From an uncultured Eubacteriales bacterium (lineage in GTDB: Bacteria; Bacillota; Clostridia; Oscillospirales; CAG-272): a stretch of 64,000 nt of DNA. Below are positions 10,553-20,738 of the stretch, piece by piece. The stretch covers positions 916-64,915 of the forward strand of contig CAKRQL010000001.1 in assembly GCA_934393265.1 (NCBI GenBank), given 5' to 3'. Each line of letters starts with the position of its first letter. Position 1 is the stretch's first letter. The notes under the pieces were generated by a model that had not been told where the DNA came from, did no database searches, and worked only from the letters and a program-made list of their open reading frames with translations. Both the position numbers and the translations under genes were made by a program.

Positions 10553-11200
10553 ATGGTTATCGAAAACAGCAGCACGAATATCGCCTACCGCTGTCCCGCG
10601 TGCGGGACACTTACCGTCGGGTTTGTCGGGAGGTTTGCCCTCTCTGCCGACATGGTGCGCCTCCGTTGTCACTGCGGGAAATCGGCGGCGGATATAAAAA
10701 TCGGAAATGACGGAAAGCTTCGGCTCTCCGTCCCCTGCATTTTCTGCAATCAGAACCACGCTTATACCGTATCGCAGAGCATTTTCTTCGGTCGTGACCT
10801 CTTTCTTCTCAACTGTCCGTATTCAAACATGGACATCTGCTTTATCGGCAAAATGGAGAAGATAGAAAAAGAAGCGGAGAGGACGGGCACAGAGCTCGAG
10901 CGCCTTATGGCCGACCTCGGAGCCGAGGAGATCGGTGACATGCAGCCGCAGGAGCTCGACCCCTCTGACATCCTGCCTGACGCGCAGGTGTACGACATCG
11001 TCCGCTTCACCCTCCGGGAGCTTGAGGAGGAGGGCAACATAGACTGCCCGTGCCACGCCGGGAGCGGTTATGACATACGCTACACCGACGGGGGCGTGCA
11101 GATATTCTGTCCGCACTGCGGGGCGAGCCATGACATAAAAGCAATGACGGAATCTCAAGCCGAGGACTTTGCCACCGTTGACAGAATAACTTTGAAATAG
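10553..11200 (+). CDS. Hypothetical Cys-rich (double zinc-ribbon-like) protein
   Basis: CPACG..CHCG..CIFC in the N-terminal half and CPCH..CPHCG in the C-terminal half. Start chosen at MVIENSS, which has an AAGGA RBS. Confidence 0.55.
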   Translation: MVIENSSTNIAYRCPACGTLTVGFVGRFALSADMVRLRCHCGKSAADIKIGNDGKLRLSVPCIFCNQNHAYTVSQSIFFGRDLFLLNCPYSNMDICFIGKMEKIEKEAERTGTELERLMADLGAEEIGDMQPQELDPSDILPDAQVYDIVRFTLRELEEEGNIDCPCHAGSGYDIRYTDGGVQIFCPHCGASHDIKAMTESQAEDFATVDRITLK

Positions 11201-11776
11201 CTATACTCCATAGTAGTCCCGGATACCGCGGTATATACCGATCGCAAAGAGATTCGGCGAATATGCCATGAGCTCTGCCTCGTATTTATTAGTGATAAAT
11301 CCCATTTCCACTATTACGGCGGGCATTTTCGTTCTCTTCAGGACATAGAGCCCCGGACGATATACTATCCCCCGGTTGTGGAGCCCTGTGACAAGCGCAA
11401 GCTGCGCAAGAATACTCTCACCGAGGGCTACGGCAGCTGTTGCACCCGGTCCGTAAACAAGAGCCTCCGAGCCGTTGGCGTCCGGATTTTCCGACGCATT
11501 GGTATGGATCGACACAAACGCATCTGCGCCCCATGTATTCGCCTCTCTTATGCGGGCTGTCAGGCTCGACTGATTATCCGTGCCGAGTATTGTATCGGGA
11601 TCAGGTCGCGAGAGGCGCGGGGCGAAGCTTCCGTTTTCCGAAAGGTACCCGTAAAGGAGATCCCCGACGCGATAGGTTATATCCTGCTCGTAAAATCCGT
11701 TCCCCTCTGCGCCGGTGTTGTACCCGCGCGGATTGTGTCCCTGGTCTATGTATATTTTGATTGCCATACTGCCCAT
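11201..11776 (-). CDS. N-acetylmuramoyl-L-alanine amidase (Amidase_3 family)
   Basis: IYIDQGHNP, AFVSIHTNA and PAVIVEMGFITN are typical Amidase_3 zinc-site and fold motifs. Confidence 0.85.
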   Translation of the reverse strand: MGSMAIKIYIDQGHNPRGYNTGAEGNGFYEQDITYRVGDLLYGYLSENGSFAPRLSRPDPDTILGTDNQSSLTARIREANTWGADAFVSIHTNASENPDANGSEALVYGPGATAAVALGESILAQLALVTGLHNRGIVYRPGLYVLKRTKMPAVIVEMGFITNKYEAELMAYSPNLFAIGIYRGIRDYYGV

Positions 11777-11833
11777 CCCTTTTACTTTTTATGGGTTCAG
11801 GTACAGTATATGCGGGAGGTAATAAGCCGTTAC

Positions 11834-12571
11834 ATGAAAAAAATACTGTCGGGTCTGCGGCGCGCCGTCGACGACTATACGATGATAGATGACGGCGACC
11901 TCATCGCCGTCGGGCTCTCAGGCGGGAAGGACTCAATGACGCTTATCCGCGCGCTCGCAGAGCTGCGGAAATTCTACCCGCGGAAATTCGATGTTATCGG
12001 AATAAATATCGACATGGGCTTTGACTCCCACACCCCGTCTGACCTTGCCGACTTCTGCCATGACGCCGGGGTCAGCTACCGGACTGTCAGAACAGATATT
12101 GCAAAAATTGTCTTTGACATAAGGCAAGAGACGAACCCCTGCTCGCTCTGCTCCCGTATGCGGCGCGGCGCGCTCTATTCGGAGGCAGAGGCGGTCGGCG
12201 CGCGCAAGCTCGCGCTCGGGCATCATGCGGACGACATAGTCGAGACATTTATGATGAATATGCTGTTCGGCTCCCGGCTCTCGACCTTCTCTCCCGTGAC
12301 GCGCCTTGACGGGCGGGACCTCACGCTGATACGCCCGATGATCTATATAAAGGAATGTGATATAATTTCCTACGCTAAGAAAGCCGCCCTCCCGGTTATA
12401 AAGTCACTCTGCCCCGAGGATCACGCGACAGAGCGGGAGAGAATGAAAGCGACACTGTCCGCACTCGAATCCGACTACCCGCACGCGAGGGAAAGAATTT
12501 TCCGCGCGATATGCGAAAGAGGGCTCGACGGATATAAAATCCCGTCAAAATCCGAAAGGCACATATACTGA
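11834..12571 (+). CDS. TtcA-family PP-loop ATPase (tRNA 2-thiocytidine-type thiolase)
   Basis: PP-loop SGGKDS and the PCSLCSRMRRGALY motif. Start set at MKKILSG. An alternative ATG is at 11810. The track ORF start at 11378 overlaps the amidase on the other strand. Confidence 0.85.
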   Translation: MKKILSGLRRAVDDYTMIDDGDLIAVGLSGGKDSMTLIRALAELRKFYPRKFDVIGINIDMGFDSHTPSDLADFCHDAGVSYRTVRTDIAKIVFDIRQETNPCSLCSRMRRGALYSEAEAVGARKLALGHHADDIVETFMMNMLFGSRLSTFSPVTRLDGRDLTLIRPMIYIKECDIISYAKKAALPVIKSLCPEDHATERERMKATLSALESDYPHARERIFRAICERGLDGYKIPSKSERHIY

Positions 12572-12575
12572 AAAA

Positions 12576-12668
12576 AGAGCCCTGCACAGGCTGTCTGCCG
12601 TACCGTCATCCGGAAATTTCCGGCTCACTGCGGTACCGCGCCCCTGCATGGCTCTTTTTTCTTTTTTC
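12576..12668. terminator. Long imperfect hairpin between convergent genes, flanked by A- and T-runs
   Basis: AGAGCCCTGCA...(inner perfect palindrome CCGGAAATTTCCGG)...TGCATGGCTCT followed by TTTTTTCTTTTTT and preceded by AAAAAA. Confidence 0.55.
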
Positions 12669-12692
12669 CGTAGGAAAGCTGTCTTTCATTTC

Positions 12693-13628
12693 TCACCGTG
12701 AAAGACGGGTATTTGAGTGCGGAGGGAGAACGCGCGGCTCACCATCGCATTTCACATAAACGGCAATATCCGCAGGATTTACAAGCCAACTGCTGTCCGA
12801 CGCAGAGCAGGCTGCGGAAGCCGCCGCTGCATACGCGAATATCGCGGCTACCGTATCGGTATAATACTCCCCGCTATGTCTCACAGCGGAGCCGACAAAG
12901 GAGCCGAGGCGCGCCCAACCGTCATCCGAGTCGTAATCGGAGGAATGGACACCGAGACAGAAAAATTTCATCTCCCCGTCGTCCGGAAAGTCAAAATACC
13001 GCTCCGAAACCTCGGAGAGCCGGTCATGCCCTACTGTGTACACCCAGTCCATAGGGTCAGGCATGGAGAAGCCGTCGTTACCGCACTCCGGTCCGGTTCT
13101 GCGTATGTCTCTGTAGCCGCGGGCGCGGACAAGCTCCGGCACCGGGGCGGGCTGGCGGAAGAAGGGATAAACGAATCCGGTGACGCTTCCCTCGCCGAAA
13201 ATATCTTCTATCCGGCGCTTGCCCTCGTCGACAAAGCGCATATAATCCTCTATCAGCGCGTCATATCTCCATCCCTGCGGATGGCGACGAAGGAGAAGCC
13301 CCGGGGTGCCGGGGACGCGGTATATTTTTTCCGGGTCGGCGCATGATTCACAGAACGTCTCATCGGTAATTGCGGCAACATACCGCTCCTCAAGGAGGTG
13401 CGGATGGTGTACGGTATGATTTGCGACGCCGTACGTGCCGTACAACCCGCGGATATAATCCTTCGTATATTTCTCAAGGTTATCCGGAACAAGATTAAAA
13501 GTTCCCTTTATTCCGGCGGGTGCTATCGCAGATATGAATTTTCTGTCGGCTCTGACATTTCCGTCGTCTATGGAGAATGTCAGGCACTTTCGCACATGTC
13601 CCGGGAAATATCCAAAATCGGTGTTCAT
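12693..13628 (-). CDS. Polysaccharide deacetylase (NodB-homology)-like protein
   Basis: FSIDDGN (motif 1-like) and ANHTVHHPH (H-x-x-x-H motif 2-like). No signal peptide is evident. Confidence 0.55.
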   Translation of the reverse strand: MNTDFGYFPGHVRKCLTFSIDDGNVRADRKFISAIAPAGIKGTFNLVPDNLEKYTKDYIRGLYGTYGVANHTVHHPHLLEERYVAAITDETFCESCADPEKIYRVPGTPGLLLRRHPQGWRYDALIEDYMRFVDEGKRRIEDIFGEGSVTGFVYPFFRQPAPVPELVRARGYRDIRRTGPECGNDGFSMPDPMDWVYTVGHDRLSEVSERYFDFPDDGEMKFFCLGVHSSDYDSDDGWARLGSFVGSAVRHSGEYYTDTVAAIFAYAAAASAACSASDSSWLVNPADIAVYVKCDGEPRVLPPHSNTRLSR

Positions 13629-13639
13629 AAGTCCTCCGT

Positions 13640-14512
13640 TCAGCGTTTTGTGCCGCCGTCGTAGTATACGACGCTCCCCGCCTCGACCGAATGGGTCAGC
13701 CAGACATTACCGCCTATCACACAGCCGTCGCCTATTTTTGTATTTCCTCCGAGTATTGTGGCGTTTGCGTAGATTATTACATTGTTGCCTATATCGGGGT
13801 GGCGCTTTATTCCCTTGACAGGGTTACCGTTTTTATCGAGCTCAAAGCTCTTCGCCCCGAGGGTAACCCCCTGATAGAGCTTCACATGCTCGCCTATTGT
13901 GGTGGTCTCACCTATTACTATACCGGTTCCGTGGTCTATGAAGAAATACTTCCCTATTTTTGCTCCGGCATGGATATCTATGCCGGTTTTTTCATGCGCG
14001 TATTCGGTCATAAGGCGCGGAATATACGGAACGCCGAGCATGTAGAAAAGGTGCGCTATTCTGTATATTGATATTGCGTAAAAGCCGGGATAGGAGAGTA
14101 TAACCTCGCCGACAGAGCGTGCGGCAGGGTCTCCCTCATAGATTGCTTCTGCATCAAGGAGAAGATTATCGCGTATCTCCGGGATAGCCGAAAGTATACG
14201 GTCACAGATCTCATCCGTATCGGTTGCAATGTGGCAGGCGGTCGGCTCGCCACCGCACCCGTCCTGCCCGCCACAGCCGACAGAGGCGCAGAAGCCTACA
14301 GCCGCCGTTGCCTCGTGCCGCATCAGGCGGTGTGCCGTATCGAATATTTCTCCCGGTGTCATCGCCCGCGCCGGGTGAAAATAGCGCGGAAACATCAGTG
14401 TCTGAAGTGTTTTTATAAGCTCTATGACATTCTTTCTCGACGGTACGGGGTGAAGAGCTGCGCCGCCGTCACCGAGAGCCTCAAGTATTCTGTTCTTTGC
14501 TTCTTCTGTCAT
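13640..14512 (-). CDS. cysE: Serine O-acetyltransferase
   Basis: [57 protein letters not shown] hexapeptide region. Start set at MTEEAKN, which has an AGGAG RBS. The track start at 14560 lacks an RBS. Confidence 0.9.
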   Translation of the reverse strand: MTEEAKNRILEALGDGGAALHPVPSRKNVIELIKTLQTLMFPRYFHPARAMTPGEIFDTAHRLMRHEATAAVGFCASVGCGGQDGCGGEPTACHIATDTDEICDRILSAIPEIRDNLLLDAEAIYEGDPAARSVGEVILSYPGFYAISIYRIAHLFYMLGVPYIPRLMTEYAHEKTGIDIHAGAKIGKYFFIDHGTGIVIGETTTIGEHVKLYQGVTLGAKSFELDKNGNPVKGIKRHPDIGNNVIIYANATILGGNTKIGDGCVIGGNVWLTHSVEAGSVVYYDGGTKR

Positions 14513-14640
14513 TTTTTTGCTCCTGTGATATCGCGTATTTTCGGAAAAAGGGAGAGGCATGTAAAGTATGCCTCTCCCGCGTGGCAGGTGCGGTAGCCGC
14601 GCCGCCCCGTATTAATTGTATGATTTTTCCGGGTCTTATG

Positions 14641-16311
14641 TCAGTCTTTCTTCATGATGTCGGCAACAGTAGCAAGCGCCGTGCCAACAGAACCGGTCGG
14701 TGCGCCGGCTGCCGAAACCGTTGCCGCAGTGCCGCACGCGGTGCGGAACTCCGCATTTGCCGCACGGACAGCCGCATTGTAATCCGCGGTCGCCGCAGTG
14801 AGCTTTTCCTTTGCTGCAACCACCCCTGAATATGTGAGATCCGCATCTGAGAGCGACTGACTTGCGGTGACTATCGCCGCGCGGCGCTCAGAAAGCGTCT
14901 TTGCCGTCCCTATTGCGTCAACCGCGGTTATAAACTTACGGCTGTTGCCCTCGCGGCAATTTATCTTTGTTTCAGCCTCAGAGAGGAGAAGGTTGGCTTC
15001 TATAACTCCGTCTATGCCGGAGATGTTGCCCTTTTCTTTGAGAGCGTTTGCCTTGTCGACAGCCGCCTTGATAGCCGCGTAGTCACTCCCCTTTACAAGA
15101 GCTTCAAGCGGCTTTACGGCAGCGATGTAGGCTGTTGCCGCGGCGTTGGACTCCGCTATCTCTTTTTCGAGCCCGTCGATAAGTCCGCAGAGTCTCTTGA
15201 ACTCGGTGTTCGCCTTAGAGAGCTCGGGATACCTTTCAGAAAGTGCGTCACGATAGGTTTTGCAGTCCTCTATGTTGCTTTTCTTTGCGCTGTAATAGGA
15301 GGTATATGTAGCCTTTGTAACGAGAGACTCAAGCTCGGGAAGAGAATTAACAAAGTAGAAGGAGGTCATCGCGGTCATGCAGTCCTCATTCTCTGTCGTG
15401 AAGTTATACTTGTTGACAAGGGCGGACATAACGTCCGTAACCTTCTGACGGAACACATCGTTTGTCGAAGCGTCGTATGCCGTCATCATCTCTATAACGA
15501 GCGCCTCCACCTCTCTCTGCATCGCGTCACCGGCAACGCTTCTTATGAAGGAGCCGTCATAGACCGCGACATTGTCAAGCATGGTAACCGTCTTTGCAAC
15601 GGAGCCATACTCCTGTCTTTTAGCGGTTCCGACCCTTATGACATCCGCCTTTACAAACTCCGGCGCATCCTCGGTAACGGTGGCTACCTCTGCGCCTTCT
15701 GCATCAAAGAGCGTCGCGGTATATTTTCCGGTCTCATAATCCATGTGGAAAGAGAGCGAATACCATGCTCCGGCAGTCAGGGAAACGCCCTCGACAGCCA
15801 CAAGCTCTCCGTTCACCATACGGCGGAAACCGGGTATGTTTTTGTTTGTACCGACGGTGACAAGCTCGTATTTTTTCTGAATTCCGTCATCGTCAAGGTC
15901 GTTCGTCACAAGGACGACATGTACGGTACCGCCGCCATTGGGCTTATCTGCCTGTGTATCATCTGTACTGAAATCAAACGATACGCCTATTCCCCTTGTG
16001 TAGGAGCCGACGGACACCTTGAACTCCGCCGCAACAGCCTTTACATTATTCGGAGGAGCTATTTTGAACACATGGTTTCCGTCAATCTCGGTAACAGTGA
16101 ACGCATCGTTAGCCGGCTCATAGATATCCGCGCTCTGATACGGGTTGTCTGTATCCTCAAAATCAAGCACGGTGTACTGAAGATTTTCGTAGTACTCAAG
16201 CGCAAGAGACGGGTCGATCTCATCCTCCTGCGCATACGCCCCCAGCGAGAACGCCGAGAGAATCACCGCAACGGCGGTGAGCAGAAGGAATAGCTTCGCG
16301 AATCTTTTCAT
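14641..16311 (-). CDS. Secreted hypothetical protein (signal peptide; beta-rich N-terminal half, Ala-rich helical C-terminal half)
   Basis: MKRFAKLFLLLTAVAVILSAFSLGAYAQ signal peptide and an AGGGAG RBS. No domain recognised. Confidence 0.7.
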   Translation of the reverse strand: MKRFAKLFLLLTAVAVILSAFSLGAYAQEDEIDPSLALEYYENLQYTVLDFEDTDNPYQSADIYEPANDAFTVTEIDGNHVFKIAPPNNVKAVAAEFKVSVGSYTRGIGVSFDFSTDDTQADKPNGGGTVHVVLVTNDLDDDGIQKKYELVTVGTNKNIPGFRRMVNGELVAVEGVSLTAGAWYSLSFHMDYETGKYTATLFDAEGAEVATVTEDAPEFVKADVIRVGTAKRQEYGSVAKTVTMLDNVAVYDGSFIRSVAGDAMQREVEALVIEMMTAYDASTNDVFRQKVTDVMSALVNKYNFTTENEDCMTAMTSFYFVNSLPELESLVTKATYTSYYSAKKSNIEDCKTYRDALSERYPELSKANTEFKRLCGLIDGLEKEIAESNAAATAYIAAVKPLEALVKGSDYAAIKAAVDKANALKEKGNISGIDGVIEANLLLSEAETKINCREGNSRKFITAVDAIGTAKTLSERRAAIVTASQSLSDADLTYSGVVAAKEKLTAATADYNAAVRAANAEFRTACGTAATVSAAGAPTGSVGTALATVADIMKKD

Positions 16312-16547
16312 ATCAAATCTCCCTTTTTGTGTGACTGGAATGTATCTTTATTCATATCAATTATATCATCACGCGCCGAAAAAATCAACACGGCAAATAT
16401 GGCAAATTTTCGTCTTTCCTTTTGTGCTCTTTGTACAATGTCGCTCGTTTTTTTGGTGTGCGCGAGCGTGCGCGACGGTTCATGGAGCGGATTTTTGCAA
16501 ACGGCGTGGGGCGTGTAGCAAAAAAGCGTTTTTTTTGCTATTTTTTA

Positions 16548-16576
16548 TTGATTTTTCGGTTTCGGTATGATAGAAT
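16548..16576 (+). promoter_or_regulatory. Sigma-A-type promoter of the helicase gene
   Basis: TTGATT, 17 nt, TAGAAT, with TG at the extended -10 position (TATGATAGAAT). Confidence 0.45.
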
Positions 16577-16700
16577 AATATGTAGGCTTTTATTCACGCG
16601 GCTGTACCATTGGGTGCAAACGCGGTCATATCATATGAATTCCGGGCTTTCAGCCTTTACATAAATCTGGGGATGCCCCCCAAAAAACGGAGGCAATACG

Positions 16701-19700
16701 GTGGCAAAAAGCATTTACACAAGATACAAAGAGCGCCTCATTGAGATAGGCGGAAACAACCGCTGTCTCTATCTCAAAAGCGCCGCCAGAAGAAACGCAT
16801 ACGACATCGGGCGTCTGCTCGAGGGTCGGAACAAAAAGATAGAAGAATTCGGCGATTTTCTGTGGACGAAAAACAGATATCCGCTGACGCTCATAAATAA
16901 CCGTGAAAAGAAAGAGATCCTTGAAAATCTCGACATACAAGCCCGCCTCGAAAAGCGGAGCACCGATGTATCTGCTCTCACCGGCGAGGAGGCGCAGCGC
17001 GCACAGGCAAAGAACGACAGAATCCGCCGCGAGGAGAGCTCCCGCGCGATAGAGGCGGAAATAAAGAAGATAAAGGACCTGAAGCGCGAGATCGAGGAGA
17101 TAGAAAAGGAGACCGGGCGATATGAGCTCTATCTCGGTTATCCCTTTGTTTTCGGCGCGATAAATCAGGGACCCACAAAGACATTCATCAAGGCGCCCCT
17201 GCTCCTCTTTCCCATAAAAATAGACCTTCCGGACGAGAACACGGTGGAGATAAGCATAAACGAAGCCGAAAAGATACGGATAAACAACGCGCTCGTTTTT
17301 GCATATGCCCAGTCGAAAAAGCTGAATATAGAGCAGCTTGAGCTCGAATTTGACGATATGAGCCGCTTCGGCAGTATCGGCGACATAGTGAAATATCTTG
17401 ACAGTGCTCATATACATATCGACTGCTCGGAGTCAAACAACATATTCAACTATCAGCGTTTCAAGGAGCCGGGACCGAAGTCCGAGCTCTCTGTGCGCTA
17501 TGCGGCTATAATCGGGCGTTTCCCTCTCTCAAACTCGATATACAACGACTACACCGACCTTGAAAAAAAGAAGCTTACAAACGATGCGATAAACGAGCTG
17601 CTCCGCCCGTCATCGGTAAAGCGGCGCGGACGAACAAAGACTAAAAAGAATACGCGCGGAGAGCTCCCGAACAGTTATATTGTAAAACAGCTCGACTATG
17701 CGCAGTCGGAGGTCGTGCGCCGCGTCGACGAAAACGGCAACATGGTCATATACGGACCTCCCGGAACCGGAAAATCGCAGACAATAGTCAATGTCATCAC
17801 CGACGCGATATGCAAAAACAAGCGCGTCCTCGTCGTCTCACAGAAGAAAGCCGCGCTGGATGTCGTTTACAACCGTCTCGGCGTCCTCAACGAGAAGGCG
17901 ATGTACATAACCGAAGAGACAAAGGAAAAGGCATCGTTCTATGATCGCTGTCTGTCCGCACATCAGAAGGACCAGATAGAGAGCCTCGCCGACGTTCCGG
18001 CAATGGAACGCGAATACAATGAGCTCCAGAGCAAGATAAATGCCGAGGTTGCATCTCTTCAGACGATATTTGATCTCCTCAACAAAAAGCGCCCGTTCGG
18101 ATTATCCCTCGCGGAGATGTACGCATCCTCTTCCATGCTTGCGAAAAACACAAACGAGTATGCAGTGTATCTCAAAATGATAGACGACCCGCAGATAATG
18201 GCACTCGACTACAAGCAGCTCTCGGACGCGCTCTTTGTGATAAAGTCAAAAAATCTCGCGAACCTCTATTACAATTATATAGAAGATAAAGAGCAGAACC
18301 CCGTAATCGACTACATGAAGCCGGATTTAGATATCCGCACGCTCAGCGAGGTCAAGGGAAAGCTCGAGGATCTGCAGAAATCGCGCAGAGGGCTTTTCAA
18401 CACCGCGAAATATCCCTATTACCGTCAGGTGCTCGCATACTACTACGAGATAAACGACGCTGAGTCACTCGACAGAGTCGTCAACCTGCAATGCAAATTC
18501 AGGTACGGAAAGAAGCTGTTTGTAGGAAAGCAGAGAAATCAGATACGCGAAGAGTTTGTGAACACTGCGGCTGCAATACGCGCCTTTGTAAAGGAATATG
18601 ATTGCCTGCACTCCGTGCTCTCGGACGACGGATATCTCGCCGTCATAGATAATATACTCCGTGGCAACACGAGTTACACAAGGCTTGTTCGCGAGGCACT
18701 CGACAACTACATATCCCTGCGGGATGTCAACAACCTCCTCGAAAGTCTCGACACAAACAAGCTTCTGATACTCAACTTTGCCTACACGATAAGCAAAAGC
18801 TACGCAAACTACACCGATATAATAGACAAGTTCCTTGAAATACGAATATATGACGAGGTCCTGCGCTATGAGGACGAATGTAAGGGAGACCTTGCAAAGC
18901 TCGTAGACTATCAGAACATTACATCGCGCATATCCGCCCTGCAGGAGCAGCAGCTCGCGGTCGCAAACAAGCTCTGCGCCGGGAAGAACAGCCGCGAATA
19001 CGACGCGCTGTTTGAAAAGGCGGTAAACCGCAAGGACTATCTTTATCAGATCTCAAAGAAACAGAAGTACTGGCCGATACGAAAGACGATGGATGTTTAC
19101 TCCGACTTCATACTCTGTCTATTCCCCTGCTGGCTGCTATCACCCGAGAATGTCTCTTCCCTGCTCCCGCTGAAGAAGAATATGTTTGATATTGTTATAT
19201 TTGACGAGGCATCGCAGGTATTTATCGAAAGCACGATTCCGACAATCTATCGCGGAAAGAACATAGTCGTCGCGGGAGATGCAAAGCAGCTCCGCCCGTC
19301 TGCAACATTCATGAAGCGGTATCTCGGTGCCGACCCCGAAAACGAGGAGGACTACTCGGTACAGGCGGCGTTGGAGGTTGAGTCACTCCTTGACCTTGCG
19401 GTCGCAAGATACGGGAGCGCAAACCTTACCTACCACTACCGCTCAAAGAACAGCGAACTCATAGACTTTTCAAACAGCGCATTCTACCAGACCGAGCTGC
19501 GCATAGCGCCGAATATCTCAAAGAACCGCCTGTCGCGTCCTATCGAGCGCTATAAGGTCGCGGGAAAATGGATAGACAGGAAGAATGTGCAGGAGGCGAA
19601 GAAGGTCGTAGAGCTCCTATCCGAAATCTTCCGCACACGGAAGAACAACGAGAGTATAGGAATTATTACCTTCAACAGTGAACAGTGCAGCTGTATATCC

Positions 19701-20516
19701 GACGCCATAGATCGCGAGGCGGCGAAAAATCCGGACTTCCGCTCCGCGTATATAAAAGAGTCTTACAGAATAGACAACGGCGAGGACTGCAGTATATTCG
19801 TAAAGAATCTCGAAAACGTACAGGGTGATGAGCGCGATATAATCATATTCTCCATAGGCTATGCTGAAAACGAGCTGGGTAAGGTCTACACGTCCTTCGG
19901 CTCTCTCTCTTCGGAGGGCGGTGAGAACCGGCTCAACGTTGCCATAACCCGTGCAAAATCAAAGATAATAGTCGTCACAAGCATCGAGCCCGAGGCACTT
20001 AAGGTCGATACCGCAAAGAACCTCGGACCCAAGCTTCTGCAGAAGTATCTCATGTACGTCAGAGCCGTTTCTGCCGGAAATATTGATGTCGTAAAGACGA
20101 TACTCGCAGAGCTCGACCCTAAGGAGACAAAGGCAAACAGCGTGCTTACCTCCTCTCTACCCATTGAATTGCAGATGAAGGAGCGGCTCGAGAAGCTTGG
20201 CTACAAGGTCGACACCGCGCTGGGCAACCGGAACAACCGCATATCGCTCGCGGTATATGATGAGAAGCAGGACCGTTATCTTGTCGGCGTAGAGCTCGAC
20301 ACGGACGCCACGGCATCCTCTGAGTCGATACTGGAGCGCGATGTGTACAAGCCGAAGTTCCTCGAGGCACGCGGATGGACGATTATGCGCGTCTGGTGCC
20401 GCGACTGGTGGCTCTCACCGCAGAAGGTCATCAAGGCTATTGCGGCGACAGCCGACAGAAACGCCGGTAAGAAACCGGCGAAGGAAACGAAAGATACCGC
20501 CAGAGAAGCAATATAA
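16701..20516 (+). CDS. SF1 (Upf1-like) helicase with a DUF4011-like N-terminus and a C-terminal Vsr/DUF559-like nuclease fold
   Basis: GTG start after ACGGAGG. Motifs: Walker A VIYGPPGTGKSQT, IFDEASQ, QGDERDIIIFS, LNVAITRAK. The C-terminus reads GVELD..ERDVYKPKFLEARGWTIMRVWCRDWW. Confidence 0.85.
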   Translation: MAKSIYTRYKERLIEIGGNNRCLYLKSAARRNAYDIGRLLEGRNKKIEEFGDFLWTKNRYPLTLINNREKKEILENLDIQARLEKRSTDVSALTGEEAQRAQAKNDRIRREESSRAIEAEIKKIKDLKREIEEIEKETGRYELYLGYPFVFGAINQGPTKTFIKAPLLLFPIKIDLPDENTVEISINEAEKIRINNALVFAYAQSKKLNIEQLELEFDDMSRFGSIGDIVKYLDSAHIHIDCSESNNIFNYQRFKEPGPKSELSVRYAAIIGRFPLSNSIYNDYTDLEKKKLTNDAINELLRPSSVKRRGRTKTKKNTRGELPNSYIVKQLDYAQSEVVRRVDENGNMVIYGPPGTGKSQTIVNVITDAICKNKRVLVVSQKKAALDVVYNRLGVLNEKAMYITEETKEKASFYDRCLSAHQKDQIESLADVPAMEREYNELQSKINAEVASLQTIFDLLNKKRPFGLSLAEMYASSSMLAKNTNEYAVYLKMIDDPQIMALDYKQLSDALFVIKSKNLANLYYNYIEDKEQNPVIDYMKPDLDIRTLSEVKGKLEDLQKSRRGLFNTAKYPYYRQVLAYYYEINDAESLDRVVNLQCKFRYGKKLFVGKQRNQIREEFVNTAAAIRAFVKEYDCLHSVLSDDGYLAVIDNILRGNTSYTRLVREALDNYISLRDVNNLLESLDTNKLLILNFAYTISKSYANYTDIIDKFLEIRIYDEVLRYEDECKGDLAKLVDYQNITSRISALQEQQLAVANKLCAGKNSREYDALFEKAVNRKDYLYQISKKQKYWPIRKTMDVYSDFILCLFPCWLLSPENVSSLLPLKKNMFDIVIFDEASQVFIESTIPTIYRGKNIVVAGDAKQLRPSATFMKRYLGADPENEEDYSVQAALEVESLLDLAVARYGSANLTYHYRSKNSELIDFSNSAFYQTELRIAPNISKNRLSRPIERYKVAGKWIDRKNVQEAKKVVELLSEIFRTRKNNESIGIITFNSEQCSCISDAIDREAAKNPDFRSAYIKESYRIDNGEDCSIFVKNLENVQGDERDIIIFSIGYAENELGKVYTSFGSLSSEGGENRLNVAITRAKSKIIVVTSIEPEALKVDTAKNLGPKLLQKYLMYVRAVSAGNIDVVKTILAELDPKETKANSVLTSSLPIELQMKERLEKLGYKVDTALGNRNNRISLAVYDEKQDRYLVGVELDTDATASSESILERDVYKPKFLEARGWTIMRVWCRDWWLSPQKVIKAIAATADRNAGKKPAKETKDTAREAI

Positions 20517-20559
20517 AAAGTGCTCCCCCGGATGCCGTCACAGGCGTCTTGGGGAGCAC
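20512..20559 (-). terminator. Rho-independent terminator (minus-strand orientation)
   Basis: GTGCTCCCC..GGGGAGCAC 9-bp stem. The minus-strand transcript continues with TTTTTATAT. Confidence 0.55.
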
Positions 20560-20572
20560 AATCAATATATGT

Positions 20573-20686
20573 TCAGTCCAATACTATACTCTTTTTTCCG
20601 TTTTTCTTTCGCGGATATTCTCTGATACTGGTGACAAAAATTATAAGGAAAAGCAATACAAACAAAATGATGTAAAGGCTATCCAT
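20573..20686 (-). CDS. Candidate small membrane peptide (37 aa)
   Basis: My own translation is MDSLYIILFVLLFLIIFVTSIREYPRKKNGKKSIVLD. A GGGAGGAG RBS lies directly upstream and the terminator at 20512-20559 is downstream. It is too short for the supplied track. Confidence 0.4.
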   Translation of the reverse strand: MDSLYIILFVLLFLIIFVTSIREYPRKKNGKKSIVLD

Positions 20687-20738
20687 TTCTCCTCCCTCAC
20701 ATTTTGCCGCAAGCCCGGTTTTGTCCGTCCGTGAGATT

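Noticed and set aside
11378-11833. Upstream extension of the TtcA-like ORF, and the 106-aa ORF at 11440-11760
   Set aside because: Both overlap the well-supported amidase gene on the opposite strand. The family N-terminus matches the MKKILSG start.
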